The notes below the pieces were generated by a model. It had not been told where the DNA came from. It worked only from the letters and a program-made list of their open reading frames with translations, and did no database searches. Positions 25,335 to 40,300 of a DNA stretch of 64,000 nt are shown here, in pieces (position 1 is the stretch's first letter; each line of letters begins with the position of its first letter). A program made the position numbers and the translations under genes. The stretch spans positions 775,612-839,611 of the forward strand of contig NMRA01000103.1 in assembly GCA_002633005.1 (NCBI GenBank), given 5' to 3'. Origin of the DNA: Phoronis australis (lineage: Eukaryota; Animalia; Phoronida).

Positions 25335-28300
25335 TTATGCGTTCAAACTACCGTACAAGGGGTTGTCAATACCACCCGCGTCGTCTCCAAGCGTATTGCC
25401 CTGAAATGAAGGAACAATCGTGAAGAACAAATTTTTAAGAGCAAACATTCTGAAAGAAAAAAAGTTACACTGGGAATTGAAAAGCATGTTTGAAACAGCA
25501 TAGGCAAGTGAGAGGTGTATCCTGTTTTGAAGAGTACGCACCATATAGTCAAACCTTCAATTTCAAAAAATATTTCTTTACAAAAAATTTAGGATAACGA
25601 AGAATTTTCACTTTGGGGGTATGTGCCCAGATTTTTCCATGCTTCATAAACGCACGAGTTTGTAAAACTTGCACTGGGACCAAAGTCACATCCTAACAAT
25701 TCCCCGCTTTCATTGTCACCCCAGTACGTCAATATCGGACAAGCTGCTGACAAAGACACGAACTAAGGTGAAGACCAACCCAAACATGAGTCACGTAAAT
25801 GTGTGTGTGACTCTTTGGCAGGCACAGGTGTAACTAAAAAAGAAGGCGAATTGCAGCGACTCTTGTTGCTGCCACCACAGATCACACCATGTGCGTCTGA
25901 CATCGAATAACCTTCGCTGACGTCAGGTGACACGAATGTTATAAATTGTCTATTTCTAGAATGATTTCCTAGTCAATCACTTAGGCGACTTGTCAAATCA
26001 TACTTGAAGGGTATTTACCCTTGAGACTATCCCGATGAAATCTGATACACATTTACAATACTTACAGCTCCCTCTTGTGAGAAGGTTGGTTTGTCCATAT
26101 CACTTAGGCCAAACTGAAATAAGGAACACAGTGTAAATACATCTGTCCATTCATATCTAGTTAATCAAAAACAGAATCAAAAACATGTACACAAACATAC
26201 TTTACAAAATTTCATGAACACGACATGACTGAAAAAACACCATCACCACGCCATTTTTAGGGGTTACGCACATACTTTCCGTAAAAAATTGTGGTTGGAC
26301 TCCTCTTATGATATCCTAGTGCATTTCATAAATATGAAGACAACTTAGCTGAAGTTGATATTACAGTGTCATGATAAAAAAGACTTTCCCATGAATGCAC
26401 AGGGGTCTGTAATGAAATTCTGCTAAGACGAACTCAATTTCCGAGTTGTTTTTTTATTGTTTCCAACAATCGTACATATTAATGACGAAACTAAGACAAA
26501 CATAATTGAGTGTTCTTCCTCTATACCAACTTGCAATTGATCAAGGTCCGAGACCAAAAAGTTTTACTCAAGACTAAATTTGAAAAATGACCAATCACAT
26601 TGCTCAAAATAGACATTAAGCCGATGACATGATGACAAGAGTTGCCTAATGAAATGAGACATTTGTTTTCACTTCTTCACAACACTTGTCTATACTCAAA
26701 TCGATGACAATAGTAGCAAGTCCCAGTTTACAGACCCTGAAGTCGCTAAGAATGGATCACAACTATCACGCGTCAGCGCCACCTATGAGCTAGTAGCAAA
26801 CTTACATCCGTCATTTGAACGTCGTACGCAGGATTTTCCATACCCATGCCAAAGTGTGATTCGCCAAGTTTCCTTTAAAAAAGAATCAGTGGTTAGGAAA
26901 AGCAAAGCGAAACTGTGAAATATGCTTACATCGTTAAACGAGTCCACACTAGTGTCGTAAACCGGATTGGGCACGCCCTGGTGGCCAGTTATGGAGGCAA
27001 AGAACTTCCTGTTGTTAGAAAGAGAAACAATCGAGCCAATTACAAGCTTGAAATCATCTATAAATAATTTAAAATTAAATCGTCATGAAATATGCTAGAA
27101 TTTAAGTTGAAGCCATTTTTAACGTGGAGATTTAGCATTTAACTATGATATGACACGACCTAATTGTTAATGTATGCAGGAAGCTGTAAATTAAACAAGG
27201 AAATATGTTTCGAAAATGAAAACAGACATTCTGGGTCATCAACACAGGAACACTATACAGAATTAGGCAAAACGTTCCCTTGGTCAGCACTTTGCAAGTC
27301 TTCAGACACAATTAAGACTGTGACAGCAATTAGCTAGCTAAGTGTAAAAGTCGTACTTTTGCTTGTTTCTCCTGATCATGAAGAAGACGACTATGACCAT
27401 CACCGCCATAACTACTACGCCAGAGACAACACCGATGGCAATCCACGTGCTTTCTGAAATACAAAATGTCCAACTCATTCAAAAGTTCACAAACATCAGC
27501 AGCCGTATTGTAATCAATGGCTTAGACATCAACACGAGTGTATTCAGTATTTGAATGTCAGCATGCTGATGACGTTATTGGTTATCTGATCGAGTGTAAA
27601 CATCTATTTTTGACAAAGACTGACAAAAAAATACTAGAAATTCAAACCAAGTTTTAATTTCTCCTAAAATCCCCCAGAACCATGTAAGATTTGGATTTTA
27701 ACGGCATATGCTTGAAGCATGAAAGCTCAGTATTAAGTTCAGTATTTTGCATTTATCATCAACAATGATTAAAACTGCTAGGAAACTCTCATTAGGAATG
27801 AAGAGACAAGAAATGGAAATATTTTATTGCAAAAGTACAAGTGTCTATGTAGACAAGCAAACACCCAAAACAAGTAGATTCCAAGTTCAGCTTTCTCAAA
27901 ACTATGCACAAAAGAAGCATGACCTACACTCAATCCCAGTGGAGATCAGTATTAATTCATATAACATTACGTCAATTAATTATCATTTATTTATCATTCA
28001 TTTATTATTATTTTATCATCATTATTAATTATATTTTTAGTATTTATTATCATTACAATAAAATGAAAGACAACTCACGGGGAGTTCCAGAATGTTTCTC
28101 TGGCGGCTGCGTTGCTTGGTAACAGCGGTATGCATCAGTGCCTTCACAGTCGCACTGCGCACCTCTGACTGTCTCGTTCTTCGACATGAAACAGTGGCCA
28201 TTATTCTTACAGAAATTGTCGGGACACTCTACAAGACGAAATGACAGATTATTGAGACGCGATGAAAATGCAGCTGTCTGCTTGTGATGATGATGATGGT

Positions 28301-31300
28301 GGTGGTGGTGTTGATGGTGGTGGTGGTGGTGGAGGTGGTGATAACAGCTGTCAATTTTGATACATACACTTAACAATAAAATGTCACCAATTAAGGACAC
28401 AATGTGGAAGACAAGTGAGATTTTCCTTGTTCATTTTTTATAAAAGATGAGTAGCATTAAATTATTGCTACATCACACATTAAATTCAACATACCTACCA
28501 TCAGACAATGTTTCAAAATGTTTATGTTGCGAACAAAAGTATTAGAGCACCAAGAAACATGATACATAAGCTTTAAGGAGGAAGTGATTCTAAAACTTTC
28601 TTAAATGAACATAGTATGACTCGTTTAATTGACTTGTAAAGTACTGTAACAGTAATTATTCACTTTTTGAGCTCACAATAGTGAAATTCTGTTTTGTCAA
28701 ATTCTCTACAAAAGTAAAGATCAAGAACATTTTAGTTTAGAGTCAATGAACAGTGTTAACTGGTCATGAGATTGGCTTTTCTGAACTAACTTAAGATACT
28801 AGGCAAAGAACCTGTTACAAGTTCAAGCTGGGTATCAAAGACTCATAATGAGAGGTCACTCAACAGAAATGTTGAGTCACATGGTTTAGAGTTATTCTGA
28901 TCACTGCATTGTTACTTGACAGTACTGCTTATGAATTGTGATTCATTTGGTATTGTGATTGTATTACCGGTCAGGGTTATAGCTTCCTGTTTGACATAAA
29001 CCAAAAAGTTGACTTTGATTATGAATCGTGTCTAGGTTTTTATTTTGAACTTTCTCCTGTCAGTGTGGCCAAACACTATAAGTGTTAACATTTTAGTCTG
29101 TTTCAAGCATGGTTTGATGTGTGTAGGTGCCATTACTACAAGTTACAATTTACAAAACAAAATCAGCCATTGAAAAATGTAAAAACAAACATTTTGGCAA
29201 TTAGTGAAAAGTGCCATATTAGAAGCTCTGGCAACAGTACTTTACATTAAGGCACGTTGTTCTGAGGTTGTGCAAACAATGCACCCACGCAGTCGTAACT
29301 AGAGAATTACAAAACGACCATAAAACTTCTACAGCAATTTGTGTTGTACTCACTTGTGCAGAAGTCTGACTCGTCAGCGTGGTCTTTACAGTTTGCGGTG
29401 CCATCACAGATGAGGTTTTTGGGTATACATTCATTACTTGAATAACAGTATACAGATGGTGGCATGCACACTTTACCTGCAGCAAACAAAAAAGGTTGTG
29501 CGTGAGTATTTTTCCATTATCAAAAAATAAAGAAGCCAATGAATGATCGCTTTGCAGCTGACACATTCAAGTAATTATAAATTCTTTCTAATGCTGTCCC
29601 TATTCTTTTCCAGGTTTTGACAACTAATAAAAATAATACATACGGTACGCAGTAACTAATCGGTGAAATTGAGCTGCAGCATGTATGCAGTACAAAGACT
29701 AAAGTAATTCCCACAACATTTTCATGTTGCGGTAATTATTTTTAATTAATAAAATCATCCAACTTATAAAACACAAAAAAGATAATTATTTATCTTTGCT
29801 AAGTGGAGTTCTCCGGGTATCAGCGTCTCTAAGAACAGCAATACTCGTAAATGTGGAATCTACTTACGACATCCAAACTCATCTTCACCACCCTTACAGT
29901 CGCCAGGTACTCCGTCACAGTACAGCCTACTGTCAATGCAGGTGTTGTCAGCGCAGGTGAATTTACCCTTGGCGCATGACTGTGGAGGTATGGTACTCAA
30001 ACCATTAGGACCCAGTGTCGTGACTGAAAAAGAAGGTTTCGAGATTACCAAAATCACCTAGTAAGCAAAATTTTTTTTTTGAAATAGGGGTGATAAACGG
30101 GAACCTCTTCACCAAACGCACTAAATTTCCAAATTTCATCCCCAGTCGTATTCATAGATGTATTACCTAACCGTGCGTAACACAACGCCCACAGCCCTTC
30201 ACCAAAGACATATCATCTCTTTCTCGCCTTGCTACACAGCTCCGCTAACACACAAACAACACTGAAGAATGTAGGATATCGAGAGGCAAGCTCAATTTCT
30301 ATTTTTTCAAGGAAAAATATCCGCGTTGGCACTGGATCAGTGTGTTGAGGACACTTTTGTTGGTGGTGTCTGAGCCCAAGCCAACCCTATATCTGCCAAT
30401 GAGCTGAACCGGTACATTCATTACTGCAGATGGCAGTTGCTTACAGTTAGTTGTCAGCTAGTCAAAGTTTGAAAAGTTTTCAAGTAGCTAAGCCACCTAA
30501 CTCAAAGGAAGAGAAAAATGTTGGCCTAGCTCAAACCTACCTCTTGTCTGACAGTTCTTTTCATCCTCTCCATCCGGACAGTCCATCTCTCCGTCACAGC
30601 GCCAGCTGTGGGGGAAACACAGAAGACTGTTGGGGCATTGGAACTCACCCGGTTGGCAGTTGGTAGGTGGCAGTGCTGTAGCTAGAACACACAGAACGCA
30701 TACAGTCATTTTGCGCGAATAAAGCTCGATTGATTGAAAAAAGTACACATGGTCTGATGTCTTGTGGTACACCAGACACGACCAGGCTGCAAGACACATG
30801 ACCTCAGTTGAGAGCACTCTTATGAGTCAACAGATTCTTTGTGAGGCAAGTTTTCATTAGGCTGCCAGAGTATCTTTGAAAGACCCGTCATCCTGTTTAG
30901 ATGGATAAAAATGACAAGAAAACTAAATTAGGCATTTTACTCTTAAAATTCGTCTCATAATATTCCTTAGCAAGATAAGCCTACATTTCCATTACCAAGA
31001 AGAACGTCAAAAACATCAACAACTCACTGAAAAATGCCTTAAAGTTTATTGGGAATGGCTAACTCGAAAATTCCAGAATCGAAAATGGCACCTGTAAGCA
31101 TCGTCTGCGACTTGAGCTGCCGGTTCAGTCGGCAATAATTAAGGGTTGAATGAGTGTGGTGATATTTTTAAACTCCAAAGTGCTTTGGTAAAGAAATCAA
31201 CATTGACAGCTAAACAGAGGCGAAATGCCAGTTTAAGAAACTAGGATATTCCATTTGTTACCATGCATTATGTGTTAATTCTAGGTATTGGATCCAGGTG

Positions 31301-34300
31301 CTTGCTCGACAGACCATGAAAAGCTTATTTTAACAAATTAAATGTAGATTTTAGCCAACTTTGAGTGACAAAAAGTTGAACATAAATCAGATGTATGAAG
31401 TCCTGATATTTTGGGCTCGACATCTATTCAAAGATCCAAAGGGGGTAATCAAACAACTGTCCTCTCAGACAAGACCATACATCCTTTAAGCTGAGTTTAG
31501 TTACACAGTCCAACTGGGACAGATGTATACTAGGAGCAGGGTTCACGAAAGAACGCAGCTTTCCCAGACCTTGGAGTACATGTCATTCAAAAGGCGTATT
31601 GTGTGTGAGCTACACCCATGATTTACAACCCTTTGCAAAATTCTAAGCAAATATGGGACTATGCACTCCCATAAAGTGCAAAATGTGGTATATTCCAAAA
31701 CCATCTTCAAAATATAAAGGAGGCAACCTTTCGAGTTTAGACATGACTGGTGTTTCATTTTCATTGAAAACCACACAACAACGCAACTTCAGAAGTAAAT
31801 GAAAGTGGTAAAGGTGAACTCAAGGGTTGTTTACAAAAACTTACATCATCCTCAAGCACACTTGGGTGTCAACCTTGGCATTTGCATTTGGTTGGTCGTA
31901 TAAACTGAAATAGCTCTGCGAATAATCTACGGGAATTTAAAATTCACTAGGTGGGCCAGGTGCAACAAGGAACCAACCCAAAGAAATACTGGCAATCAGG
32001 CAAATCACTCAGGACTCCTATCTAGCAAATGTCCTCAGCTGACAAAATGGACTCTGCTCTCTGTTAAAAAGAGGAACTTTTATTCATTAGTGGCCGATTT
32101 CCCCATCAATGTTATCAACTATACTCACCACCTCCAGTCATGCACTCCTCGGTGAATGAGACGTCGTCAATGGCGATGTATGATCGTGAAGATTTGCCCT
32201 GGATGGCTTCGAACACAGCGCGGAAGTCTTGTATGTTACCAAGGGGCACCGAGGCGTACGTCCACATCTGTGTCTGATGTCCAGACTCTGACCACATGAG
32301 AAGACGTTCAGAAGAGGCACCTTCTGTGTACACCTGGTTTAAATCATAGTAATAACAATAATAATAACACTTCATAAAATTTGCACTTCTCGTTGTTTGC
32401 ACCGCTAAATGTAGAAAACGCATGCTTGCAATTCTGAAACAGCACGTCAATTAAAAAATAACCAAAATAACTGTACAAATTGGCTTCAGCAATGTTGCCT
32501 AACACTTTGTCATTTTTATGCAAAACCAGCACTTTCAGAGCAGTGCATGGTTAACTATTAGAATAATCCAGGCAGAGTTTGCAACACAGTCTTTGGTGTA
32601 CTACGGGCGTTGCGGCAAAGGACAAAAGATATCCCAAAATCGTGTGTTTGCATATGACGTCTCATGCCATCCTTAAATCCTCGAACTAGCCAAGATTACG
32701 TGGACCACCGTAGGGAAGTGAACGTCTTGACATTCCAGCCTCAGAATCCATAAGGGGTAATAAAACAATTATCTTCTCAGCCTGGGCCTTGTTCCAAGAA
32801 ATCTGACTTAGCTAAGACAGATCTTAACTTTCAGTCAATTTTAAGATAAGACTTAAATCTGTCTCAAGATCGTTTTAAAAAAGAGGTCTTATGTTCGACT
32901 TAAGTTTTCGACTTCAGTTTTGTCTTAATTTTGACTATCTTAACAGATGTAGAAGTTTCAAAGTTCGGAATTTGAGACAAATCTTAGACTATGTCAAACA
33001 TGAACCCAATCAGTTTCTTGGAACGGGCCCCAGGGCTGTATGTAACCCCTTTTGTTAAGCTGTGTGTAGTTACACAGTCCAACTGGGACAGTTGCACTAC
33101 AAAGAACAGAGTTCACTGCTTTCAATGACCTTGCATATCAGTTTCAAAAGCACTATTGTGCAAACTGACACCCTTGACGTTCAACCAGCTGCGAAACTCT
33201 AAGCCATTACAGGGACTAGTTAACCCCTCCAAGGCCAAAATGGAGAATGATGAGCGCTGAGGACCAACGACAAAGGCAGACCTCACTCGGTAAAGAATTT
33301 TCCATACCTTCAACGAGCCTATGTCACTTGGGGAGCCTGCAGCGTTCCACATAAAGTAGAAGAACCGTACATAGCAGACCCCGTCGCTAGCCTTGAACAA
33401 CGTGGACTGGACTCTGGCAACGTCGCCTAGGCTGGACTGTGCTAAATAGATGAACTTTCCTGTAAAGGAGGTGGGAACATTGAATGATGACATAACAAAT
33501 CAAATGGCAAATCACATTCAATGCAGAGTGAGATTCGTTGGATCATCAATAACATTGAAGCAGACGTATTATGACAATGATTGTAATTACAGAATAAACT
33601 AAATAGAAAACATTATGATAAGGAACAGTTTAATGAGGCTGAGTAAATAATGAAGAATTTTACAACTGTGACATAATGTGAAAAGAAATAGCCATCAAAG
33701 AATGACTACTTTTTAAATGACAAATTCAGAATAGCTAATTTAAACTTCAAAAATATTATTTTTTAAAAAATCAAAAAAAACCCTGAATGAAGAGGTGCTA
33801 TGTGAAAGAAATTCACCAAATGCATTTTTAAAAAAATCTCAGGTGATCTAAAACGTGATAGACTTCAGGAGCAAATGCAGATAAACAGCTCGTATAACAT
33901 TCCTAAGATTAATTTCACTGAGTAGAAAATAAAGAAATTCATTGGTGGCTAAATTGTGTAAAAGAAAGAGGGGTGTCACTTCAAATCACATGTAACCACA
34001 ATTCAGACCCACCTGTGCCAGTTGTATGATCACTTATTGTACCGACCAATGGTGAACTTGCTAATAGAAAATCTGTGTCGTCGTCGTCTCGCTGACTCCA
34101 CTTGCACCAATCGATGGAAATGTCAAAGTCACAGTCGCCAACTTGGTGACCTTAAAAAGACGCAAGAACTCAATGAGTCCCAATTCAACCTTTCCATTTT
34201 TATGAAAATATTTATACCTACAAGTCCGCCCCTTCTTCATTTTCTATGAGTCTACCATGCACGGCAACTGTTCCCATTTTCTGTTTTCAATTAACAGAAA

Positions 34301-37300
34301 CTATGACTATTCAGATTACCAAGAGATATGCCTGAATCAACGTAACTTTGCAGTGGACCGACCACCTCTACTAATTACAGTACCTACTTGGAATGGTAGT
34401 AATACCTTTACTGGATGACATGCATCTTTACATCTGTACACATTAAGCTGGTGGGTTCAAAGAGAGGTTGCTCAACCACTCAAGACATTTGTTTTCACAT
34501 CTTCATTCTTTTGATGAACTATCCTACTCAAATCGGTGATAACAGAATGTCCAGTGCATAGTCTCTGAACTCCCTAAGGTTTCATCATGACCATATGGTG
34601 TCATGAATCCAATGCGTCTTACTGTATGCATTCAATTAAACACGTGCTGACTCATTTGTAAATTTTGCATCAAAACTTTGGCGACTTTCGACGAGAAGAA
34701 ATATCGTCAACCTCTTTCGAAAACTACTGCTGCTACAGGATGGTCCGGGTTTGAATTCCCCTCAAGACGAAAGTTCTAACAACAACTAAAATGATAGATA
34801 AAGTTTCACTCACTGCAGCCGTCTTCATCTGAATGGTCATTACAATCCTTCTGATTGTCACAGTATTTCCTCCGGTCAATACACTGTGTTCGGTCTGCGC
34901 AGCGGAACTGGTTGTACTCGCAGTTGACCACAGGTTTAGCTAGAATCACGCAATCAAGTGGTGAGCAATAAATTCCAAATTCAAGCGTTTTGCAGATAAT
35001 TGTTCACCTGCAACAGCAGAGCATGTTGCCCTCATTATTCAAAGGCTACAATGCTCAAAGTGTTATGACGACTAATTAATAGGTAAAGAACACCGTAATA
35101 AGAGAGTAAATTTCCTTCACTCTTGCTTTTGTAACAAGATTTTGTCAAACCGCAATTTGATTATTTCACTATACTGTGTTCCACATTAGGTTTACCTCAG
35201 TCATTAACTTACATCAAGAGCAAAATTTGAAGGTCAAAGGAAAATGGAATTTCAGCTAGAACTGCCATCAAAACAATACGAGCTACACAAGAATTTCATC
35301 AGCATCTACAGCTACAGCCAGCCTTTGCTCGAGGTAAAGAAACTTCGCAACAGTGATGTCCAAACAAGACTTTAAGCGGATATTATGCAACTATGAATTG
35401 ATCCCGAGGGCAATATCAGGTTATATGGACCAAGGGAGCAGGCAAGGCCGAGGTCCATACCGCCCGACATATCTAAGCGATTGATTTTGTTTTATTATAC
35501 AGCCACTGATGCTCCCGATTTCTTCACCAGTAAGTTTAGCAGTATTTCAGTAGCATCTAATTGCTCGAAGACATCTGTCATCTGAGAAATTTGAAAAGTG
35601 AAGAGATCATACTACGTTAAGCAAATCAGACAACAGCAGGATCAGTGGTTGTATAAGTATATCAATTACGCAAAGAGACAATTTGATTAAGATTGTCACC
35701 TATTATGTTTCCATGGAGTGGCTAATACAGACACGAAAACATGAACACAATGAAGTGAAGGTTAGTTAATAATGTTATTTTAATTGCTCTCTGAAAACCC
35801 TACATGGATAACAGCCGGTGAATGCAATGTCGTCGATTGCAATGTCTCCACGATAGTCGCTGCCTCTAATGGCTTCAAAGATGACCTTGAAGTTCTGCAG
35901 GTTGGGTAGGATGACGTTCGCCTGAAGCCACTGCTTGCCTTTGGCACCTGGGAATATCATGACGTCACAGTTTACATAAAACACATGTGTGTACCAGAGA
36001 ACCAAAGTAACTGAGAATTTCGTGCTCAGCGGTAGCTTATGTTAAAGGTTACGTAGGACCTTATTGACAAGTTTGTATGTGCATTTAGACGAATACCTAC
36101 AAAACTATAAGGTTTAATCTTAGTAAAAGGTAATCTGAAACTGGAAGAAAACCTTTAGAATTTGATTTTTGACTTTTTATCATTCTACCATGGATAAGCT
36201 CATGACACCATGTCTCTATAAAGTAAAATTTAGCAAAAAGGACAGGAACATTCATAGCAAAACAATATCATCAACATATTCACCAAATTTCATTTGATAG
36301 AAATATTTAAGATGAAATCTCAAAAACGCTGTGACAGTTTTCTAAATGTTTGGTTTGTTTTTGTTTTAAGAACATTTTGATTGTTTTTTTCATAAAAACA
36401 TACTACTATGCGAGGTAATCTGACAGTAACGGGTAAAGACAATATTTGTTATACCACTGATGGTGAAATCTGAGTGCAATGCACAGGGGCAGTCTTTGTA
36501 CGTACCACTGATTTTCAATTTGGTCTTGGTGTCAGTAGCGGTCTTCACCAACAGACTGAGGGTACCAATGCCACTGCCATACATGTGATACCAGAAGGAC
36601 AGTGAGCACCGACTGGCCGACCGGACAAACAGATCACTCTCTAGGTGCGCTTTGTCGCCAGGAGAGACTTGACCGCTGGTCTCGGTGAACATGTAGTAAC
36701 CTAGTGAAACAGGTGACCGCAACTGTGTTAAACACTGTTGTAAGAAATTGCAAACGGCAAAGCATTTAAAATAAAACTATTTAAACCTATGAGAGGTAGT
36801 CATTGCTGGTTTGCTTGTACCTGCAGCCTGAGTAGAAACTAGGTAACAGCTAAAGAAGCGCACCCTATTGGCGACAAATTGAAAGCCTCTGGATTGTCAT
36901 TTATTAAAACTGGCATGTTTTTCAAACTAAGTTGACTGCAAAAGACACCCAATTAGGCATCTTTCGAACGATGGCTTTGATTACTAAAAACAGTGCACTG
37001 TTTTTGAGGAGATCATCCATGTCTCTTAGTCTCAATTAAATTCATTTGGGTATTGAAAGGACCATAAAAATGAACTATCCAATCACAAGGGTCCTACTGT
37101 GTCGAAGTCAAAATCCACTTAAAACAATTATCGTAAGTGCTGGCATCAACAAAGTCAGATACCTCAGTATTATTACTGAGAGACTCAACATGCACAAGGT
37201 GATGCTGGTGAGAAAAAAATCGATCATCGTTTTGATACATGAGCAAATTGAGAATGCTTTTCACCAGCATGGTGGTGCTAGTGGGCTAATGGCGGCACAC

Positions 37301-40300
37301 AATGTCTTGAATACAATGTATTCATACGTGGAGAACTGCTGTCTCAATGGTGCCACCTAATAAATTTCTATCTCACATTGCAGACAGATTAGCACTTTTT
37401 AAAGTTGCAATACATTTCACTATTCCTACAAGCATTTCATGTGATAACAAGAAATTAGAAATTTGCTGAAAGTCAGAGCAACATTCAACATTGACAATTT
37501 AACGTGTCACACGACAACAGGTTGCCATAGTTTTTTTTTGTTATTTTCACAGATGTGCACGCCATACCTTTGCTTGTACCCTTGGTGTGGTCTGATGTAG
37601 GACCCGTGTTGATGCTCGGCGTTCCATTGTTGCTACGTTCCCACTTGAGTGAGCTACCGAGAGAATTACGCCAACCGCACGTATTGTCGTCAAATGTGCA
37701 GGAAGAACCTACAATCACCAGAAGGGACAGTGAAACGCCACCATACAGGAATTCTCGAGACTACTATTCTCATGAGAATTTACATGACAAGATTTTATAC
37801 AGTTTCAGCCTTTTGAAAATCATGAAACATATGCACTGCTTAACATGCCTGTTGTACACGGAGAACATATGCACTGCTTAACATGCCTGTTGTACACGGA
37901 GAACATAATATGCACTGCTTAACATGCCTGTTGTACATGGAGAACATATGCACTGCTTAACATGCCTGTTGTACATGGAGAACATATGCACTGCTTAACA
38001 TGCCTGTTGTACATGGAGAACCCTAAAATTAGTGTAATCGGCAACTTAGCCAAAGTCTCTATTTCGGAAGCCATTTGTTTAGATCGCAGTTAATAATTCA
38101 CCAATTTTTTAAAAATCAAAGACACAACTGACATCATTTTTCTCGTGAAGGTTATTTTCTCAAAATTTTAGGTTTAATGCTTTGAATTTGTAAATTAAGC
38201 CCGAGTTACTTACCACAGTGTTTACGTGCAGATGAAAACTACTCTTTATTAATAAAGCTTGGACAAGTCTAACAAAATATCAGCATTTGACACACGAGGG
38301 ATTGGAGCATAAGGTAAATCTAAACTATTTGCAGATAGTTATCAGACACTACATGTTACAAATGAGTGATTACTTCTGTTATTAACAAGAGACACAAGTC
38401 GACTATAATAGTAAAAAAACGTGTTGAGCGTATAACAGGAAAAATGAAGATTACAATTCAAATTAGATCCCTGGAAAAATGGGCATCATTTATTGTTACA
38501 CGTTTATCTCTGAGCGCCCCCGCTACATATGACACAAGACTAAAAGTTTTAACAGGGATACAAATTAAATACAGAGAAAGACACTGTGTACGTGTCATAC
38601 ATACCGCACTGAGCTTCATCGCTGTTGTCCCCACAGTCGTCATAGAAGTTACATCGCTGGGCCTTAGAGTAACAGTTACCATTGCCACACGTAAACTTGT
38701 CAGCACCACAGGGTCCAACAGTGGGTGGTGACAGAGTGGGCTGGCCAGGAATTTCAGCTGGAAAATACAGTGTGACGGAACTGAACAGTGCACTTACAAC
38801 GGCTGAATATTGGAACTGGTTGGACGTTTTGGCTAATGTCCACAACAATGATAGAAAAGTTAAGTGTAAAAATAAATCTTTATTCCATAGGCATGATCAA
38901 CCACAGAACTCTGACTCAGGTATTCTCAACAATGCTGTTTACGGGCATGAAATCACAAGTCGTCTGCCAAACAAAGTTTTGAGATTTCTAGTACAGTCTC
39001 TACCATCCAAGAGTAGATAAGCTGCCAACTTGGGATGGTCTACATTTTACCACATTATAAAAGTTCACGGCAAAATTAAAATTAAATTCTATATTTGCCA
39101 TGTAATTTGCTCACATTTGCATATTAAAATGAACAATGCATATCACTATGTCAATCATACGCCAATCATCCTTCTTTTAGGTAAAACATGCATCAAACTT
39201 ACTTCCTGGCTTACAGCCAAGTGTCATGGAGAGATCATCAATAGCGATGTCGCCTTGGATACCATTGCCGCGGACACCCTCAAACACAACCTGCAATTGG
39301 TTTAACCGAGTAAGAAAACTTCTATCTATTATCTACAGGGAGTAATTTCTCTAGCGAGGTGATTGTGACTAATGGCAAGCCACTAAAATCTTGCTTGCAT
39401 AGGTTTTAGTGGCTTTGGAAAAAACCTAGAAACCTTGGTTGAAACTCATACAGACAGGCCACAAAGGAAGTTGTTAACGGCCAATGGTGAGGTATTTGCA
39501 GCTACCTTTCGGTGAGCCATAGTGTTGAGTGACTTTTGAAAAAAGTTCAAGACCATGGGTGAATTTGACTCAGATGGTCGCGTTTTCTCTAAAACGTAGT
39601 GGGGCACTGACGTTTCAAAATGGATCCGGGTGCAGACCACCTTAATACTTTTTGACATAAAATAGTATTCTCCGGCATAATTCATCAATCGCCATCCCAA
39701 AGTGAAGTCCAAGTATACATCCAATGACTGCAATATGAGACTGGTGGTAAAAATATTAATACTAACTCCAAGTAAATAACAATTAGGTGTCACACCACCA
39801 GTCTACAGAAGCCCCCGTGGCTTGAACAGAATGACTGCCGAGTCCACTAAGCACAATTACCTCATAATCCTGGCCATTGGTTGAGATGGAAGACAGGTCA
39901 ACTTCCTCACGCTGCCACAAGTCTCCCTGGGCCCCCGTGATGTTCTTCACCACCAACAGGCCACTCTTGTCGTAGCTGGTTCTCAGCAATACAAGCAGAG
40001 AGCCCACGTGAGAGCCCTTCATGTGATACCAGAAGCGTAGCTAGAAGGCAATACATGGCAAATGTAGAGTGAGCGACACATCTCGTGATTGGTTAATCCT
40101 CAAGCACCGAGCCTGACAACAATAAGAACATCCTTGGCACTGAACAACACAAGGGCCTTTCCAAGAAACTGACTTAAAAATCTTTTTCTTGAAATGGACA
40201 AAAGGCTAAATCAACTTTTATCTTCAGCTTGGCTGAAATTTAAGATTTGTCTTAGCGAAGTCAGTTTTCTTGGAATACTCCCAAGTCTCAAAGTCGCTGC

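Noticed and set aside
28229-28400. Poly-His extension in ORF 28053-28400
   Set aside because: It lies upstream of the acceptor at 28228 and is an intronic microsatellite.
37826-38021. 38-bp repeats as a CRISPR array
   Set aside because: Head-to-tail repeats with no spacers and no cas genes.
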